DNA of 64,000 nucleotides, from assembly GCA_002256025.1 (NCBI GenBank), contig NKIB01012542.1:1-64000 (forward strand), in the 5' to 3' direction. The notes beneath the pieces are model-generated. The model had not been told where the DNA came from. It worked only from the letters and a program-made list of their open reading frames with translations, and made no database searches. Numbering within the stretch: the stretch's first letter is position 1; each line of letters opens with the position of its first letter. Below, in pieces: positions 1 through 11,563 of the stretch. This stretch comes from Asterionella formosa (taxonomy: Eukaryota). The translations under genes were made by a program, and so were the position numbers.

Positions 1-225
1 TAACCATTTGATCTTGAATCAATCATCTAGTGGATTGTGGTACATGTTCCTAATCAGGTCACTAGAGGCGAAATATATTGACACTCATAACCTGATCAGG
101 AATCAGGAATCTCTATGTGTTTCAACTATAGGCATATATGCCATAGTATAGTCACTGACAAGGAAGAATAAACTGTAGCAATGGTACCATGGTACCTGGT
201 ACCTGGTACCACACCAATAGAAATA

Positions 226-323
226 CCACTAAGTTGAGGAAATTTTGCTGAATCTAAAACTTTAGCTACCTTTATCCGATATTAAATTGTATATATTTAA
301 GCAAAATGACCGCAACTTGCAGG
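226..323 (+). mobile_element. ~97-bp MITE (family A), copy 1
   Basis: TA|CCACTAAGTTGAGG...CCGCAACTTGCAGG|TA: imperfect TIRs with TA on both sides. The interior aligns by eye with 3895-3990 (reverse) and 4087-4182. Confidence 0.7.
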
Positions 324-732
324 TACTTGATGGCAAAGCAACCAGCAGCAAATCAAACTGCCATCCCAGTTTTTCTATATAAATATTATGTAAACAAAGG
401 ACACTCCTGGTATTACCAGTTTAATCAGAGAGGACTTGTCGAAGTTGATTGCTGACTGAGAAATAAAAGTAATATTAAAAAAGAAAACAGGAAGCAAAAG
501 TGAGTCTATATGACAAGCATAGATATGGAATCTGCCTTGGAAAACAAGCTGATTGATTGCACCAGCAATTCATAAAGTTGTGGAAGCTAGGAATAAATTT
601 TGTGTTATAGTACAATAGTTTGGATTTACTACCTATTTCCAAAAAATTACCATTTTTTTTAAGAGAAGAAACATAAACACATCCTTTAGAGATAAATTCG
701 AAAAAGTACCATAAATGGAATCTTAGGTGCCG

Positions 733-2835
733 TCTGACGAAAATTATGAAAGAAGGCTGGAACCTTGAAGGAAATGATGGAGTATTTTGGTGAAGTAATG
801 GATCACAGGAGCTTACCTTTGATATTCATATTCCAATCCCATATGGTGCTTTGTTTGTAATAGATATCCACTTTGATGCAAAAATCGGTGGAATCGGCAA
901 AGATGGGAATGTTGAAGTGACGATGCTGCAAGATCACAATAGGTTGAGGCACATGTCAGAAGAAATAATGAGGAAGACCACAAAAGGACTTAGGTGGGAA
1001 TTAAATGATAAAAGGTGGGAATTAAATGATAAATTTTCCATACCTTGTGAACCCTACTTGATCGGAGAAGCCAAGCAAAAGAATGGTCATCAATAATTGC
1101 CCAGATGTGATGGCAAACGTAAATGTAGAGCCAGTCCACATTGACATCATCAGTCCATAACAGAAAGGTGCAAATTCAATACTTATCCTTTTTAGCGTAT
1201 CGTGATGGTTGACTAGCTTAAACAGTTGAAGTTCTCGGATTTTACTCTGTTAAAAATCTAATGATTGAACGGGCTTGTGATCAGGAGTGGTATAAATGGA
1301 ATCAAAATGGCATATACTAAGTAAACTTTTAAATTTGTATAGTGCTTGAGAAAACAAGAAGACAGTAAAGCAAAATGCTCAAATTGAGACATCAAAGTTA
1401 AATATTGTTTTGAAATTCTCAGGCAGAGACACACTGCGGCGCAATCATTGGCAGAATTTTGGGTTTCGCAATAATCGCAAAGTGTGGTAGTGTGATGATG
1501 GCTCAGGCCAATTTGCCTATTAACGTTCTTTACCAATTGTTTCCAGATGCGCTCAAAACAATAACGCTCCTTGATGGGCGGATTGACTGATTTTTTGACA
1601 TTGATTGCAAGTATGCTTCTCTCATCGACACTAATGAGGAAGCAATTTAATTTTTGCGACTGAGCTACTATCGATTAGGAGCGAAGCAGGAACAGTAAGT
1701 TTTGCACAGAAATGAAAAATAAACTTATTAATTGTGGCACACCTTGCATGCTTAGTCGTGTTGACATCTACATGGGCTATGAAGGAGAAAGACAATGAGA
1801 CTTTCAGCGACAGGCTTACTGTACATGGATGTGAGGCAGTTGATGCATGAACAGGATTATGATTCAAGTACTACTACTGCAGCTCCAGTCACAGATGCAT
1901 TTACTATTAAAACTGCTATGATCATCATGGCTAGTATGAAGCAATGGCATGCTAGCCTACCGGATATGCAAGGAGCATTTCTGAATGGAATATTTGTTCA
2001 AAGAGGACAGTTGTAAATGAAGGTTTGACAAGCATTCAAAGGATGAAAACGCCAATAATTTTATGCTGAAACTGTTACAAACAAAATTAAGACATGAAAA
2101 CGTCTCAAACTAGAGTTTGGAAAATTGATACTTCTAATGAAATGGAAGTGGGCAGAAATGCAGAATTCAGTGCGAGAATTTTTGAGGTTCATGTTGATGG
2201 TGTTGATGAAGGGTCAAATCCAGGACTGTGTGACAGTATCAGTCACAAAAGCAGAGCTGGTGTGTGCAACACAGTTCACATAGGACAGCCATGTTGTACA
2301 CTATGAGAATTCAGGAGTCATTGTGATTACAAATTGCAAAACCAACAATTCTACATGTTGATAACCGAGGTGCAATGAATCTGGCTAACAACTGGAGTGT
2401 TGGTGGAAGAATAAGTTTTGTGGAGATCAGATATTATTTGCTGCTAGAATTGAAAGAGAAAAATTTGATTGCAATGAATTGGGTACCAACTGACAGCAAT
2501 TGTTGTGATCTTTTCACTAAGAGTTTGTCAGGACCAACTTTTGAATGGCATGTTCAGGTGTTTTGTGGTGACGATGATGTATCCAGATTCTTTCATGGGG
2601 AGGGTATTAGCGGTAGAAACATGATGATTGGAGTACAGTGTGTGACAAGTCATCGATGGGAAAGTCAAGGAGAATTAGATTTATTACAGTTGAGAACAAA
2701 TTATGTGCTCCAACTGATGGAGGTGGGATCAATGGAAATAATGGAAATATTTTCGGCATTGAAGCAAAGATTGGGAATAAAACATTAAATAGGCTCAAAA
2801 TCTAGGAAACAATGAATTGTTCGAGCCCTCAAACA
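733..2835 (+). mobile_element. Decayed Ty1/copia LTR retrotransposon (pol remnant, PPT and 3' LTR)
   Basis: Frameshifted fragments occur in copia order: GAG-pre-integrase (HNRLRHMSE...PCEPYLIGEAKQKN), integrase, RT (TWAMKEK..., APVTDAFTIK...DMQGAFLNG) and RNase H (NNWSVGGR...EIRYYLLLELKEK...DLFTKSL). PPT GGGGAGGG is at 2597-2604. The probable LTR is 2605-2835 (TATT...AACA, i.e. a mutated TGTT...AACA). Confidence 0.85.
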
Positions 2836-3136
2836 TACTGCTCCAGAATTCGATTTGCAACAAGGAATGTAGCTACCAATAGTGACTTCGTACTCTGCCT
2901 ACCGGTAGTCCAATGATGAGTTGAAAACTATTAGGAACAGAAAGAGAAATATCTACAGGATGAGAATGGAACTTTTAATAGCGCTAGCTGTACGTTTTCG
3001 CTCTTAAGTAATCGTTGCAAAATTCTGTTTCACATCATTGCCGATCGTGGTTTCACCAATTGTAGCGTTTGACGCACCAGCAGTGTTGTTTCATTGCTGA
3101 TAAAATGAAGGACGTAGACGTCCCGATATTTTCTCT

Positions 3137-3733
3137 CTACAGAAAGGGAATAGGACCCCCGCCGTCTGGATAAACAGTCTGCATAGGCACGAGTGAGAAC
3201 CATGAGAACCACATTTGAAATGAAAATGAAGCAAAAACATAAATGCCCCGAAAACGAACCTTATATGCATTGTAGTACTTCGGCAAACTAGTAGCTGCAA
3301 GTCCAATGAAGAATGCTCCTCCTAATTGAAAATAGAGGTCAAAGCCCAGTTCGTCTGCTTGCGCCTTTGCGTATCTCCTCATTTCAAGATACTGATTGGA
3401 TTGTTCAGGGTCGCTGAGAAAATCATCAACATCACGTTCCGCATCCTCTGGACTCTTCCCCAACTGCACGTATTTCATTATCAGCTCCTGTCTAACTTCT
3501 TGGATCTCCGCTGATTTAAGATATTCGATGACAGCTGAATGATCACCGGTTCCTTCTGTTTGAACAGCATTTGTTGTCGTTTCTTGACCTTCGTCTTTGC
3601 TCATCGATGTAGAGAAGGCGACGCTTCGTGATCTCTGGAAAGTGACATGAAAAGGACTCGCACTAAAAGCAGTGGTAACCGGCAAAAAGAACAAGCCAAG
3701 AAGGCCTAAGATACGGCCGGTAGTCGTTCTCAT
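3137..3733 (-). CDS. Plastid-targeted hypothetical membrane protein (1 intron, 3179-3259)
   Basis: Signal peptide ending TTA-F followed by a Ser/Arg-rich transit-like segment, then a C-terminal hydrophobic helix. An 81-nt in-frame GT...AG segment interrupts YNAYK|TVYPDG. Confidence 0.75.
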   Translation of the reverse strand: MRTTTGRILGLLGLFFLPVTTAFSASPFHVTFQRSRSVAFSTSMSKDEGQETTTNAVQTEGTGDHSAVIEYLKSAEIQEVRQELIMKYVQLGKSPEDAERDVDDFLSDPEQSNQYLEMRRYAKAQADELGFDLYFQLGGAFFIGLAATSLPKYYNAYKVRFRGIYVFASFSFQMWFSWFSLVPMQTVYPDGGGPIPFL

Positions 3734-3894
3734 GGTGACAGCAGCTGTCAGGTGTCAAATGTGAGTGAAGGTTTGACTCGATCTTCGGTATGTTCAACCA
3801 ATACGTACTGTGACAGACGGACAAAAATTTCATTCTGAGGAATCGAGTGGAATCAGGAGTACCTACCGGTTCTGTTCTGTAAATCATACGTATA

Positions 3895-3990
3895 CGACAA
3901 GTTGAGGTCATTCAGGTTATACAAACAATTTAATATGGGATAAAGACAGCTAAACCTTTAGTTTCAGCACAATTATCGCAACTTGCTGGG
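3895..3990 (-). mobile_element. ~97-bp MITE (family A), copy 2
   Basis: The reverse complement aligns with 226-323. TA-flanked, with CAAGTTG/CAACTTG TIR cores. Confidence 0.7.
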
Positions 3991-4086
3991 TAGGCAGTAG
4001 GTGAGCGATCGTAACAAAACAAACCCAAGCCAGCACCATCCCTCGAGCAAGAAATACCGAACTACCAAAGTACCACCACCCTGGTA

Positions 4087-4182
4087 CTGTGCAAGTTGCC
4101 GAAATTGCGCTGAAACTAAACATTTAGCTTTCTTTAACTCATATTTTATTGTTTATTCAAGCCAAATGACCGCATCTTGCAG
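4087..4182 (+). mobile_element. ~97-bp MITE (family A), copy 3
   Basis: TA|CTGTGCAAGTTGCC...AAATGACCGCATCTTGCAG|TA. Aligns with copy 1. Confidence 0.7.
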
Positions 4183-4502
4183 TAATGCATATTTCCTTCT
4201 TCTATGTAATGTTGTCAATGCTGTATAGATGGAAGGAATAACTATCTATTATTCCTCATCACCCCTGGTATTCCAGGGCAGTTTCGTACTGGTTGGTACA
4301 GATGATGCATACGGAAGAATCATTTGATGCATCGGTCCGTGTTACGTACGCACAAGTTGGTTTATCAAACAAATTAATTAATGTCAGTACTCTCTCCGAT
4401 GAGCGATCTTGGATCTGCTGTGCTCACCTTTTCACCAACAGGCAAGAACCAATCATTGCAGCTGTTTCCTTGAATAGCGAAGTCTTCAATTTCCTCACCA
4501 TA

Positions 4503-5531
4503 ATGGTTCAAAAGCCATCATTGTATGTCTTGGCGGTAAATCATAAGCACGATGAGATTGTAAAAATGATGGAGGCAAATGACACTTCTGGGATTGATTG
4601 GCAAGACCGATACGGAAATACAGCCTTGCACGTACTATGCAAGGAGCTTCAGCTTCACATGCGAGCTATTTCATCTATTATTGAGAAAAGGCCACAACTT
4701 ATCGCTCGTGCCAATCATGCAAACTGGACTCCTCTGCATCTGGCTGCAGAACGTCGACTTTCGCTGACTACACCTATGGGCGCCTATTCAGACATACTAA
4801 TCAGCATGATCCGAGCATGCCCTGATGCTGTGTCGATTCCAAAGACGACAGGTTGTACACCAGAATCACCGTTTGATATCGCGTGTACCGCTAATGCCGA
4901 TTTCGTTGTCTTGAAAGAAATGCTGTTGGTTGATCCCTCCCTGTCCCTGCCCCTACGACGGCCGAATACAGTCAAGACGCGTTTGGATCACTTATGGAGA
5001 CAAGGGGCATCTCAATCGATGAACTTAATTGCTCTTACTGCTTTTCATGGCCAAGTGACTCAATCGGAAAGCTCGCTTCTACATTCAGTTTGTTATCAGC
5101 GGGTGCCGATTCAGTACTTTGAACTTACCTTGAAGAACCACTACTGCCAAGCTAGCCAGCGTGACCACAATGGCAATCTTCCCCTTCACTATGCATGCCA
5201 GAATGTTCCCCAGGGAGCCCAGCCATATACCCAACGTATTTTGAAATGCTTGCTGGGGGCCTATCCACATGCTGCGTCGACAATGAATAGTGAAGGGAGG
5301 CTTCCTCTTCATTGCTTGTTGGATGAGCAGCTCACGTGGCATAACGGCGGCATACTGGAAGTCGTATCTGCCAACTCTAGTGCATTGCGAACGGTGGACC
5401 CAAAGACAAATCTATTTCCTTTCCAAATGGCAGCTACGAATGCCAACAGGAGTTGGGGACATTTTTCGACGCTACTAGAGATCTTGTTGGCAGCACCTGA
5501 AATGCTCGACCTAAGAAATTACACTGTATGA
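4503..5531 (+). CDS. Ankyrin-repeat protein
   Basis: Repeated ankyrin motifs DRYGNTALH, ANWTPLHLAA, DHNGNLPLHYAC, NSEGRLPLH and NLFPFQMAA. The start is placed at ATG 4503 (MVQKPSL); the ORF track extends upstream from a non-ATG codon. Confidence 0.85.
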   Translation: MVQKPSLYVLAVNHKHDEIVKMMEANDTSGIDWQDRYGNTALHVLCKELQLHMRAISSIIEKRPQLIARANHANWTPLHLAAERRLSLTTPMGAYSDILISMIRACPDAVSIPKTTGCTPESPFDIACTANADFVVLKEMLLVDPSLSLPLRRPNTVKTRLDHLWRQGASQSMNLIALTAFHGQVTQSESSLLHSVCYQRVPIQYFELTLKNHYCQASQRDHNGNLPLHYACQNVPQGAQPYTQRILKCLLGAYPHAASTMNSEGRLPLHCLLDEQLTWHNGGILEVVSANSSALRTVDPKTNLFPFQMAATNANRSWGHFSTLLEILLAAPEMLDLRNYTV

Positions 5532-6605
5532 GCTGCTTTCTTCTACTTACTGCCAGGCAGTTAACACATTGATACTGGGCTCCTTGTGTGGCGTTTTTAT
5601 TCTCCTTGTGCTGAAATCAGAGAGTTTCAGCCATAAAATCGAGGCGTTTGGCCATTCGCACTGCTTTACATCTATGGATAGTCAGGTCACGGGACAGCGA
5701 CAAATGAATGCACGGAAAAGGATTTGATCCCACGTGCATGATATACATCTTCATACATTAAAATTTGTTTTTTTTAATATTGGGCTTTTGTCATATCATC
5801 GTCAAAAATTGGTCATGCACGTTTGGTGAAATGAAAACAGCCACCAAGGTTTTTGTTTTGTGTCTTCCTGGCACGACCACGTACTGGTGGTACCTGGTAC
5901 CAGCTACTCCAACCATATTACCGCTCAGCGAACTCGAGGGCTAGTCATCTACGTACAGACGTGAGTGTGTGCAATACCCCTGCACTGTGCTGGGACGTCT
6001 GAATCATTGATTCCCCATGAATCTACACAGCAAGTGTGTACCGGTACATTGGTGATGAGTGACAGTACCCTGGTACCTGGTACCGGTACCAGGCACCAGG
6101 GGTACTGGTACCTGTACAGTAAGTACTACCAGATACTATGTACACAGGTAGCACTGTTAACACTTCCTATGCACAGACAGACGTACAACAGTTTGTATGA
6201 ACATCAACTGCTGGTAGACTACCTGGTACCGGTACATGGTACAGACCGGAATGTACGGATGTTTTTACAACCCGATGCATACCGGCATGTCTGTGCAAAG
6301 AAGGCTGCGCCGAGGGTTTGGCCTAACTTTGTATTCTGTTTACAACGCACTCCCACCCGACGGCCGGCTTTTGATGTGACAAATGATGGATGCATTCGAA
6401 TTCGGGAGGGAGGAACATATTATGTGTGCTTGACAGCCCAATTGTTTTGCGCCTCTTTGTTTGCGTGCCACCTCTCTCTCTTCCTCGCTTGCTCTACCGA
6501 AGCGGCGTTCTCTGATTAGATTGATCACCTGCTGTACCCTCGCCGTGGATGCCGATGTTGATGCTGTAATCGGTTTTTAACTATCGACAGAATTCACTTA
6601 ATACA

Positions 6606-8661
6606 ATGGCAGATTCTGTTATACCCAAGTACTCCTCCTATCCCGGTGACGATGATTCAACACTGCATTACTCTTCCGATGAGAGCGCTTCTCTATCCGA
6701 CACTTACTTTCAAACAGCCGCTAGATTCAGTCCCCCCTTGACGTACTCTCCTGACGACGTGGTTAGTCACAAGCGGGTGGAAGATTCATTGCATTCATTG
6801 CCGCAGCTGCCACAATTTCCTCAACCTGCTAAATATGGGTCATTTGCTGTTCCCGCCCATCTCTCCGCATATGTGGATCGATTACCGTCCGATAGATCAA
6901 TTTGTTCCGAGGAATCGCCGCTTCATTTCTTTCATAGACACGAGATATCTCAAGCTATTCAAGAAGAGAATCCCCATCAAGACCTAACTTTTCAATCATT
7001 AGACGACGACGACGAGCAACCGCCAGTGCGAAGTACCAGGCAACCATCTCGGCAGGATCTCCGCCGATATCACCGGCAAGTAAGAATGGAACACCAAGCG
7101 AGAGAATTGAAGGTTCGCCAAGTCCGCGGCAAGTCACAAGCACCCGCGCAAAGTTGGCAGGAATCAGTTTGTGCAGTGCTATTTTTGCTGCAGTTGTTTG
7201 TGATTTTGGGATGTGCTGTGAAGTGGGGAAGTTCTGTTTTTCTTTTCGACGAGGCCCACAATGGACACAAAATAGGTGGACGGCCGAGGCTAATGGAGCA
7301 AATTAATAGTGAAGATGATGTATTGCTGGAGGAGTTTCTCGCAGACGGAAGGGATACTGTTTTGATGGATCCCGCATTGGTCCAAAGCTCCTTGTCTGTT
7401 GACTACCGGGCTGTCTTATCGATGTGTGTCATTTGTTGCCTCTACGCGTGCATCCTTTCTGCCTTGACTGTTGGATTCATGCTCATTATTGCAAAATCGT
7501 TGATTCAAACGGCCTTGGTTTTTTCTATCCTACTTGCCATATCATGGGGATTCATTGGTATTGCTGTGCAACCTTTCTTTGGGATTATTCCAGTCATGGG
7601 ATTCGTGTCTTTGTTGTTAACGGTGACCTATACACTTTGGGTTTGGGATCGGATTCCTTTTGCTGCTACAAATTTGTACGTAGCACTATGTGCCGTGAGG
7701 TGGACTGCCGACTTGGCCTTGATGGGAATGAGCATGATGCTGGTCAGTGTGATATGGTGTCTCATGTGGGTCACTGCCTTTAGCGGCATTATGGAACAAT
7801 CAGATGTGACAAGTACAAAGAGTATTACGCTATTCATATTGCTGGTTGTATCCTTCTGTTGGACAAATCTGGTCATCAAGGTATGGTGCAATGAGCCAGT
7901 TTGTGGTAAACCCTGTGTCATTGCACTTACATATTTCTTTTATTTTCGTTTGTTAGAATATTGTACAAGTGACAGTGGCATCCGCAGTGGGCCGGTGGTG
8001 GTTTCAACCAGATTCCATTAGTGCTTGTTGCTCATCTGCAGTCACAAAACCCCTGTGGAGGTCCATAACCACATCTTTTGGGACCATTTGCTTGGGATCA
8101 CTCATCGCCCCACCAGCTCGACTATTACATTTTATTGCCGGACTCTTTTGTTTGCGCTTGACTGCGGCGAAAGATGGCCATGATAATTGCTGTTCATTGT
8201 TTGGTGAGTTGGCACAGTTCCTTCGAAGCTGCAATCGATGGGGCTTTACCTATGTTGGGCTATACGGATATTCTTTCAATGAAGGAGGAAGCAAGGCATT
8301 GGAGGTCTTTGAAGCTAGGGAATGGATGAGTGTGGTAAATGACGACTTGATTCCAAATGTCTTGTTAATGGCTTCCGTTGTTATTGGAGGTTCGACTGGA
8401 ATTTTTGGAGTATTGGTGGAAGAAGTGGATGGCTATACATTTACATCGCTGCACAAGCCAATTATTATTGCATTTTTGCTTGGTGGTTCGTTTGGATTTG
8501 TCTTGAGCAACATTTTGTTGCTGGGAGTGGTTGGGTCCGCTGTCAATACTATTCTAGTATGCTTTGCAGCAGGTCCATTTGAATTTGACAAAAATCATCC
8601 TCGATTGAGTCGAGAGATGCGTGATATGTGGTCTCAGCAAGTGTGGGAGACAGATGTTTGA
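6606..8661 (+). CDS. Choline transporter-like (CTL/SLC44/PNS1 family) membrane protein, intron 7881-7956
   Basis: Multiple TM helices. Spliced SFCWTNLVIK|NIVQVTVASAVGRWWF, RSITTSFGTICLGSLI and NRWGFTYVGLYGYSF are CTL-family motifs. The GT...AG intron restores frame. Confidence 0.9.
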
Positions 8662-8966
8662 TGCAAGGAAAATGCTTTGCGGTTGACTATGATGCGGTTG
8701 ACAAGTGGATTGTTGACCATTATCGAATATGGGGCGTCTACAGTGTTTTATGTTTTGTGTGTGTGTCTATGTGCACATTGATCGCTCAGATATAGTCGGG
8801 ATTATGTACAGTGCTACTAGTTTTATTTCTCCCCGTGTATCAGATAAAGTAGTACCTGTAGTCATGTTTGAGACAGCAGCACTAGGATGGTCAATGTCTG
8901 TTGATGAGACTATTACATTATGATGCCTCCCCTGCACATAATAAAAAGTCAACATCAGTGAGATTA

Positions 8967-9251
8967 TCAAGACATGTCGAAATCTTCTCCCACCTTTTCG
9001 ACACTACTAAAGACATTTTCGTCCATCCAACGTTCCACCTTGCTAAGAATCTCTTCCCGAGCTTTTGACTTGATCAGCAAATGTGTCGCGTCTAGATCTT
9101 GCAGAACAAATTTCTTTTCGACAGGCTTCGCTTCGTTGAGATGCAAAATAAATTGCTTGGTTGGCGCGTCGCACGTGACCAAGTAGCCCGAGGACTTCAA
9201 ATTGTGCGACGGGGACGTACTTCGTTTTGCTTTCTTGGTTGCACTGTCCAT
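8967..9251 (-). CDS. TFB5: TFIIH subunit p8/TTDA (Tfb5)
   Basis: GYLVTCDAPTKQFILHLNE...FVLQDLDATHLLI matches the Tfb5/GTF2H5 pattern; 94 aa. Confidence 0.9.
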   Translation of the reverse strand: MDSATKKAKRSTSPSHNLKSSGYLVTCDAPTKQFILHLNEAKPVEKKFVLQDLDATHLLIKSKAREEILSKVERWMDENVFSSVEKVGEDFDMS

Positions 9252-9644
9252 GATCGGTCAGTACCTGGTACAACGTATCGAGGGAAACGAGCTAGGACTG
9301 TGAACGAGACGATGCAAGGAAGTAAGGAGACGTATCGAACAGCTCCAAATGTTGGGAGCAATTCAGAGACTATCATAGCTCTTCGTGTTATCTACATTTT
9401 ATGTGAACAGCAATACCGTACGCTACCTGACCACCGTAATAGTTACATGTTATGCATTTTGCAATAAATTTACTCCTACTACCGGTACATCATACCAAAT
9501 GATTGGAAAATAGATCTCATACCTTGAGCCAAATATTATTTTATTTATCAAGTACAGCGGCGACATGAACCCAGACAACAATGTTTTCTGGTCATAGTAA
9601 GGACCAGAAATCCTTGCAATCACACACACAGCAACTGCTGAATC

Positions 9645-11210
9645 ATGTCCAACGCTAGAAAAGACGAGAATAGTGCAGCCCTTGACGCTCGCGAGTCCAC
9701 GATGATGGACGTGTATCTAGTTCCTGTCCCACGAGGTCTCCATCATGTGGTGGTGGAAATGCTCCAAGAACAATTGAACGACTGTCGACTGACCATTCAA
9801 ATGATTGGGGAATCAGTGGATGATTCGAATCTACTACATGACCTTCCTCTTCGTTCGAACCCGGGATCTGTCTACCATGACGGGGTCGAGAGACACGTGA
9901 GTGTAGGTCACCACGGCGCTGACCGACGTGTCTGGTGTCTGCCTGGTGTCTGGGAAGGCACCGTGTGGCTACGAATTCTGACGACTGCGGCGCCGAAGCG
10001 GATCGCAGACATTCAATGTTTGGGACCATTATTGGCTTGTGTGAAAACATGGGAACATGTTCATCTACAAAACGATTTAGCACAGGTCGTGGGAGATTTA
10101 AGGGAGTTACTTGATCTGGGATATAGCGCCTGCTTTGAAGCAGCTGTCGACCTTTGGAAGTTGCATGCTTTGACCAGTTGGCCCGTGTCAGATGAACAAC
10201 GTCAGGTCATCCAAGCCGACGCTATTAAAATTCGAGCTAGCTGCACACGGGGGCATTCCAAGAAGTTATTTAGCTACAGCAGAGAAGATTTTATCAAGGG
10301 AATAGTCGATGATGTTGTTCCAGCCAAATTCAAGTGGACGGTGGATCTCAACAATTACCACATGGAAGTTGTAATATTGGTCATTTCCCCAACAACTCTT
10401 GCCATTGCCCTTGCACTGCGACCCTATCAATTATTGGGCGCTAATTGCTTTCAGAAAAACTCACTACCCCCAGATGTCTCATCACCCTACATGTCAGGAG
10501 GCACACTGAGTGGAATCCTGCGATTGCGACCAACGACTGCACATATCTTGCTCCATTTGGCAAATATACAGACGGGAGATATTGTATTGGATCCGTGTGT
10601 AGGCATTGGAACTATTCCGTTGCAAATATCCAGGAATGCTGTTGGTTTGGGAGGAGATTTGGTGCTGACGCCAGCTGGGCTCGCGGGAGTAGCCAGTGAT
10701 TACATTAAGAAACACGACAGGCATGTTCAAAAGAGCGCAAATCTCATAGGATGGGATGCAGGATGGTTGCCGCTCCGGTCAAGCTCCATCGATGTCATTG
10801 TTTCGGATCTACCATTTGGACAAACCTGTCTATCTTCCGCCAAGCTGAGCACACTGTTGCCACTAGTGTTGGGTGAAATGTCTCGTGTCTTGCGGCCTGA
10901 TACTGGTCGAGTCGTTCTCTTGTGCGGTGCCTTTGCTGGGATAATTCAAGCACTCGAAACTCTGAATCATGTATCGCCCAACAATTGGATCCTACCATGT
11001 GAGTCTGTCTTTCCCGTTAATATTGGTGGGATCATTGCATGGGTGGTGATGGCTCGACGAGGGAGTGGAAATGGAACGAGGGTTCAAAATCATCAAGAAC
11101 GAGTTCAAAAGATGACTGCAAAAAGAGATCACATTGACCGCCAACGCCAAGGCGATCAAGGAATCGACAAACAAGGGAGCCACAACAAAAGATTTCGCCT
11201 TCAGGCGTAG
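9645..11210 (+). CDS. THUMP-domain RNA (guanine-N2) methyltransferase, THUMPD2/3-like
   Basis: THUMP-like segment IRASCTRG...WTVDLNNYHMEV, followed by LRPTTAHILL, SAM motif VLDPCVGIGTIP and VDVIVSDLPFG-type motif IV (IDVIVSDLPFG). Confidence 0.8.
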   Translation: MSNARKDENSAALDARESTMMDVYLVPVPRGLHHVVVEMLQEQLNDCRLTIQMIGESVDDSNLLHDLPLRSNPGSVYHDGVERHVSVGHHGADRRVWCLPGVWEGTVWLRILTTAAPKRIADIQCLGPLLACVKTWEHVHLQNDLAQVVGDLRELLDLGYSACFEAAVDLWKLHALTSWPVSDEQRQVIQADAIKIRASCTRGHSKKLFSYSREDFIKGIVDDVVPAKFKWTVDLNNYHMEVVILVISPTTLAIALALRPYQLLGANCFQKNSLPPDVSSPYMSGGTLSGILRLRPTTAHILLHLANIQTGDIVLDPCVGIGTIPLQISRNAVGLGGDLVLTPAGLAGVASDYIKKHDRHVQKSANLIGWDAGWLPLRSSSIDVIVSDLPFGQTCLSSAKLSTLLPLVLGEMSRVLRPDTGRVVLLCGAFAGIIQALETLNHVSPNNWILPCESVFPVNIGGIIAWVVMARRGSGNGTRVQNHQERVQKMTAKRDHIDRQRQGDQGIDKQGSHNKRFRLQA

Positions 11211-11563
11211 TGGAAGGATTGTTTTCTTTACGTATGTGGTCCTGTCCTATCATTAGTCAGATCGCCAAGTCCCATCTTTGAACGAGGAATGTAGTATTGC
11301 ATATTTTGGGCACATCATATTTGCCAATTTAGCTACCAATATGTCGTCTAATGAGGAGCGTGTAGAGTAAATTGTTAATTGTAAAGGGGTAGTCAACTAA
11401 TTGTAGACTGTAGCACCTTGTAGACAAGATATAACCTATCTCCTCCCTATTTACAGCAATCATTACTGCATTCACCACAGTTTCCTACATACATGTGTCA
11501 CCAGATTTTCATACAACAAAAATTCTTATGGAAAGTATTGTTGCCTAGCTAATTATAATGCCT

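Noticed and set aside
686..730. Short similarity to 54287-54333
   Set aside because: Probably a fragment of another repeat, but too short and AT-rich to define.
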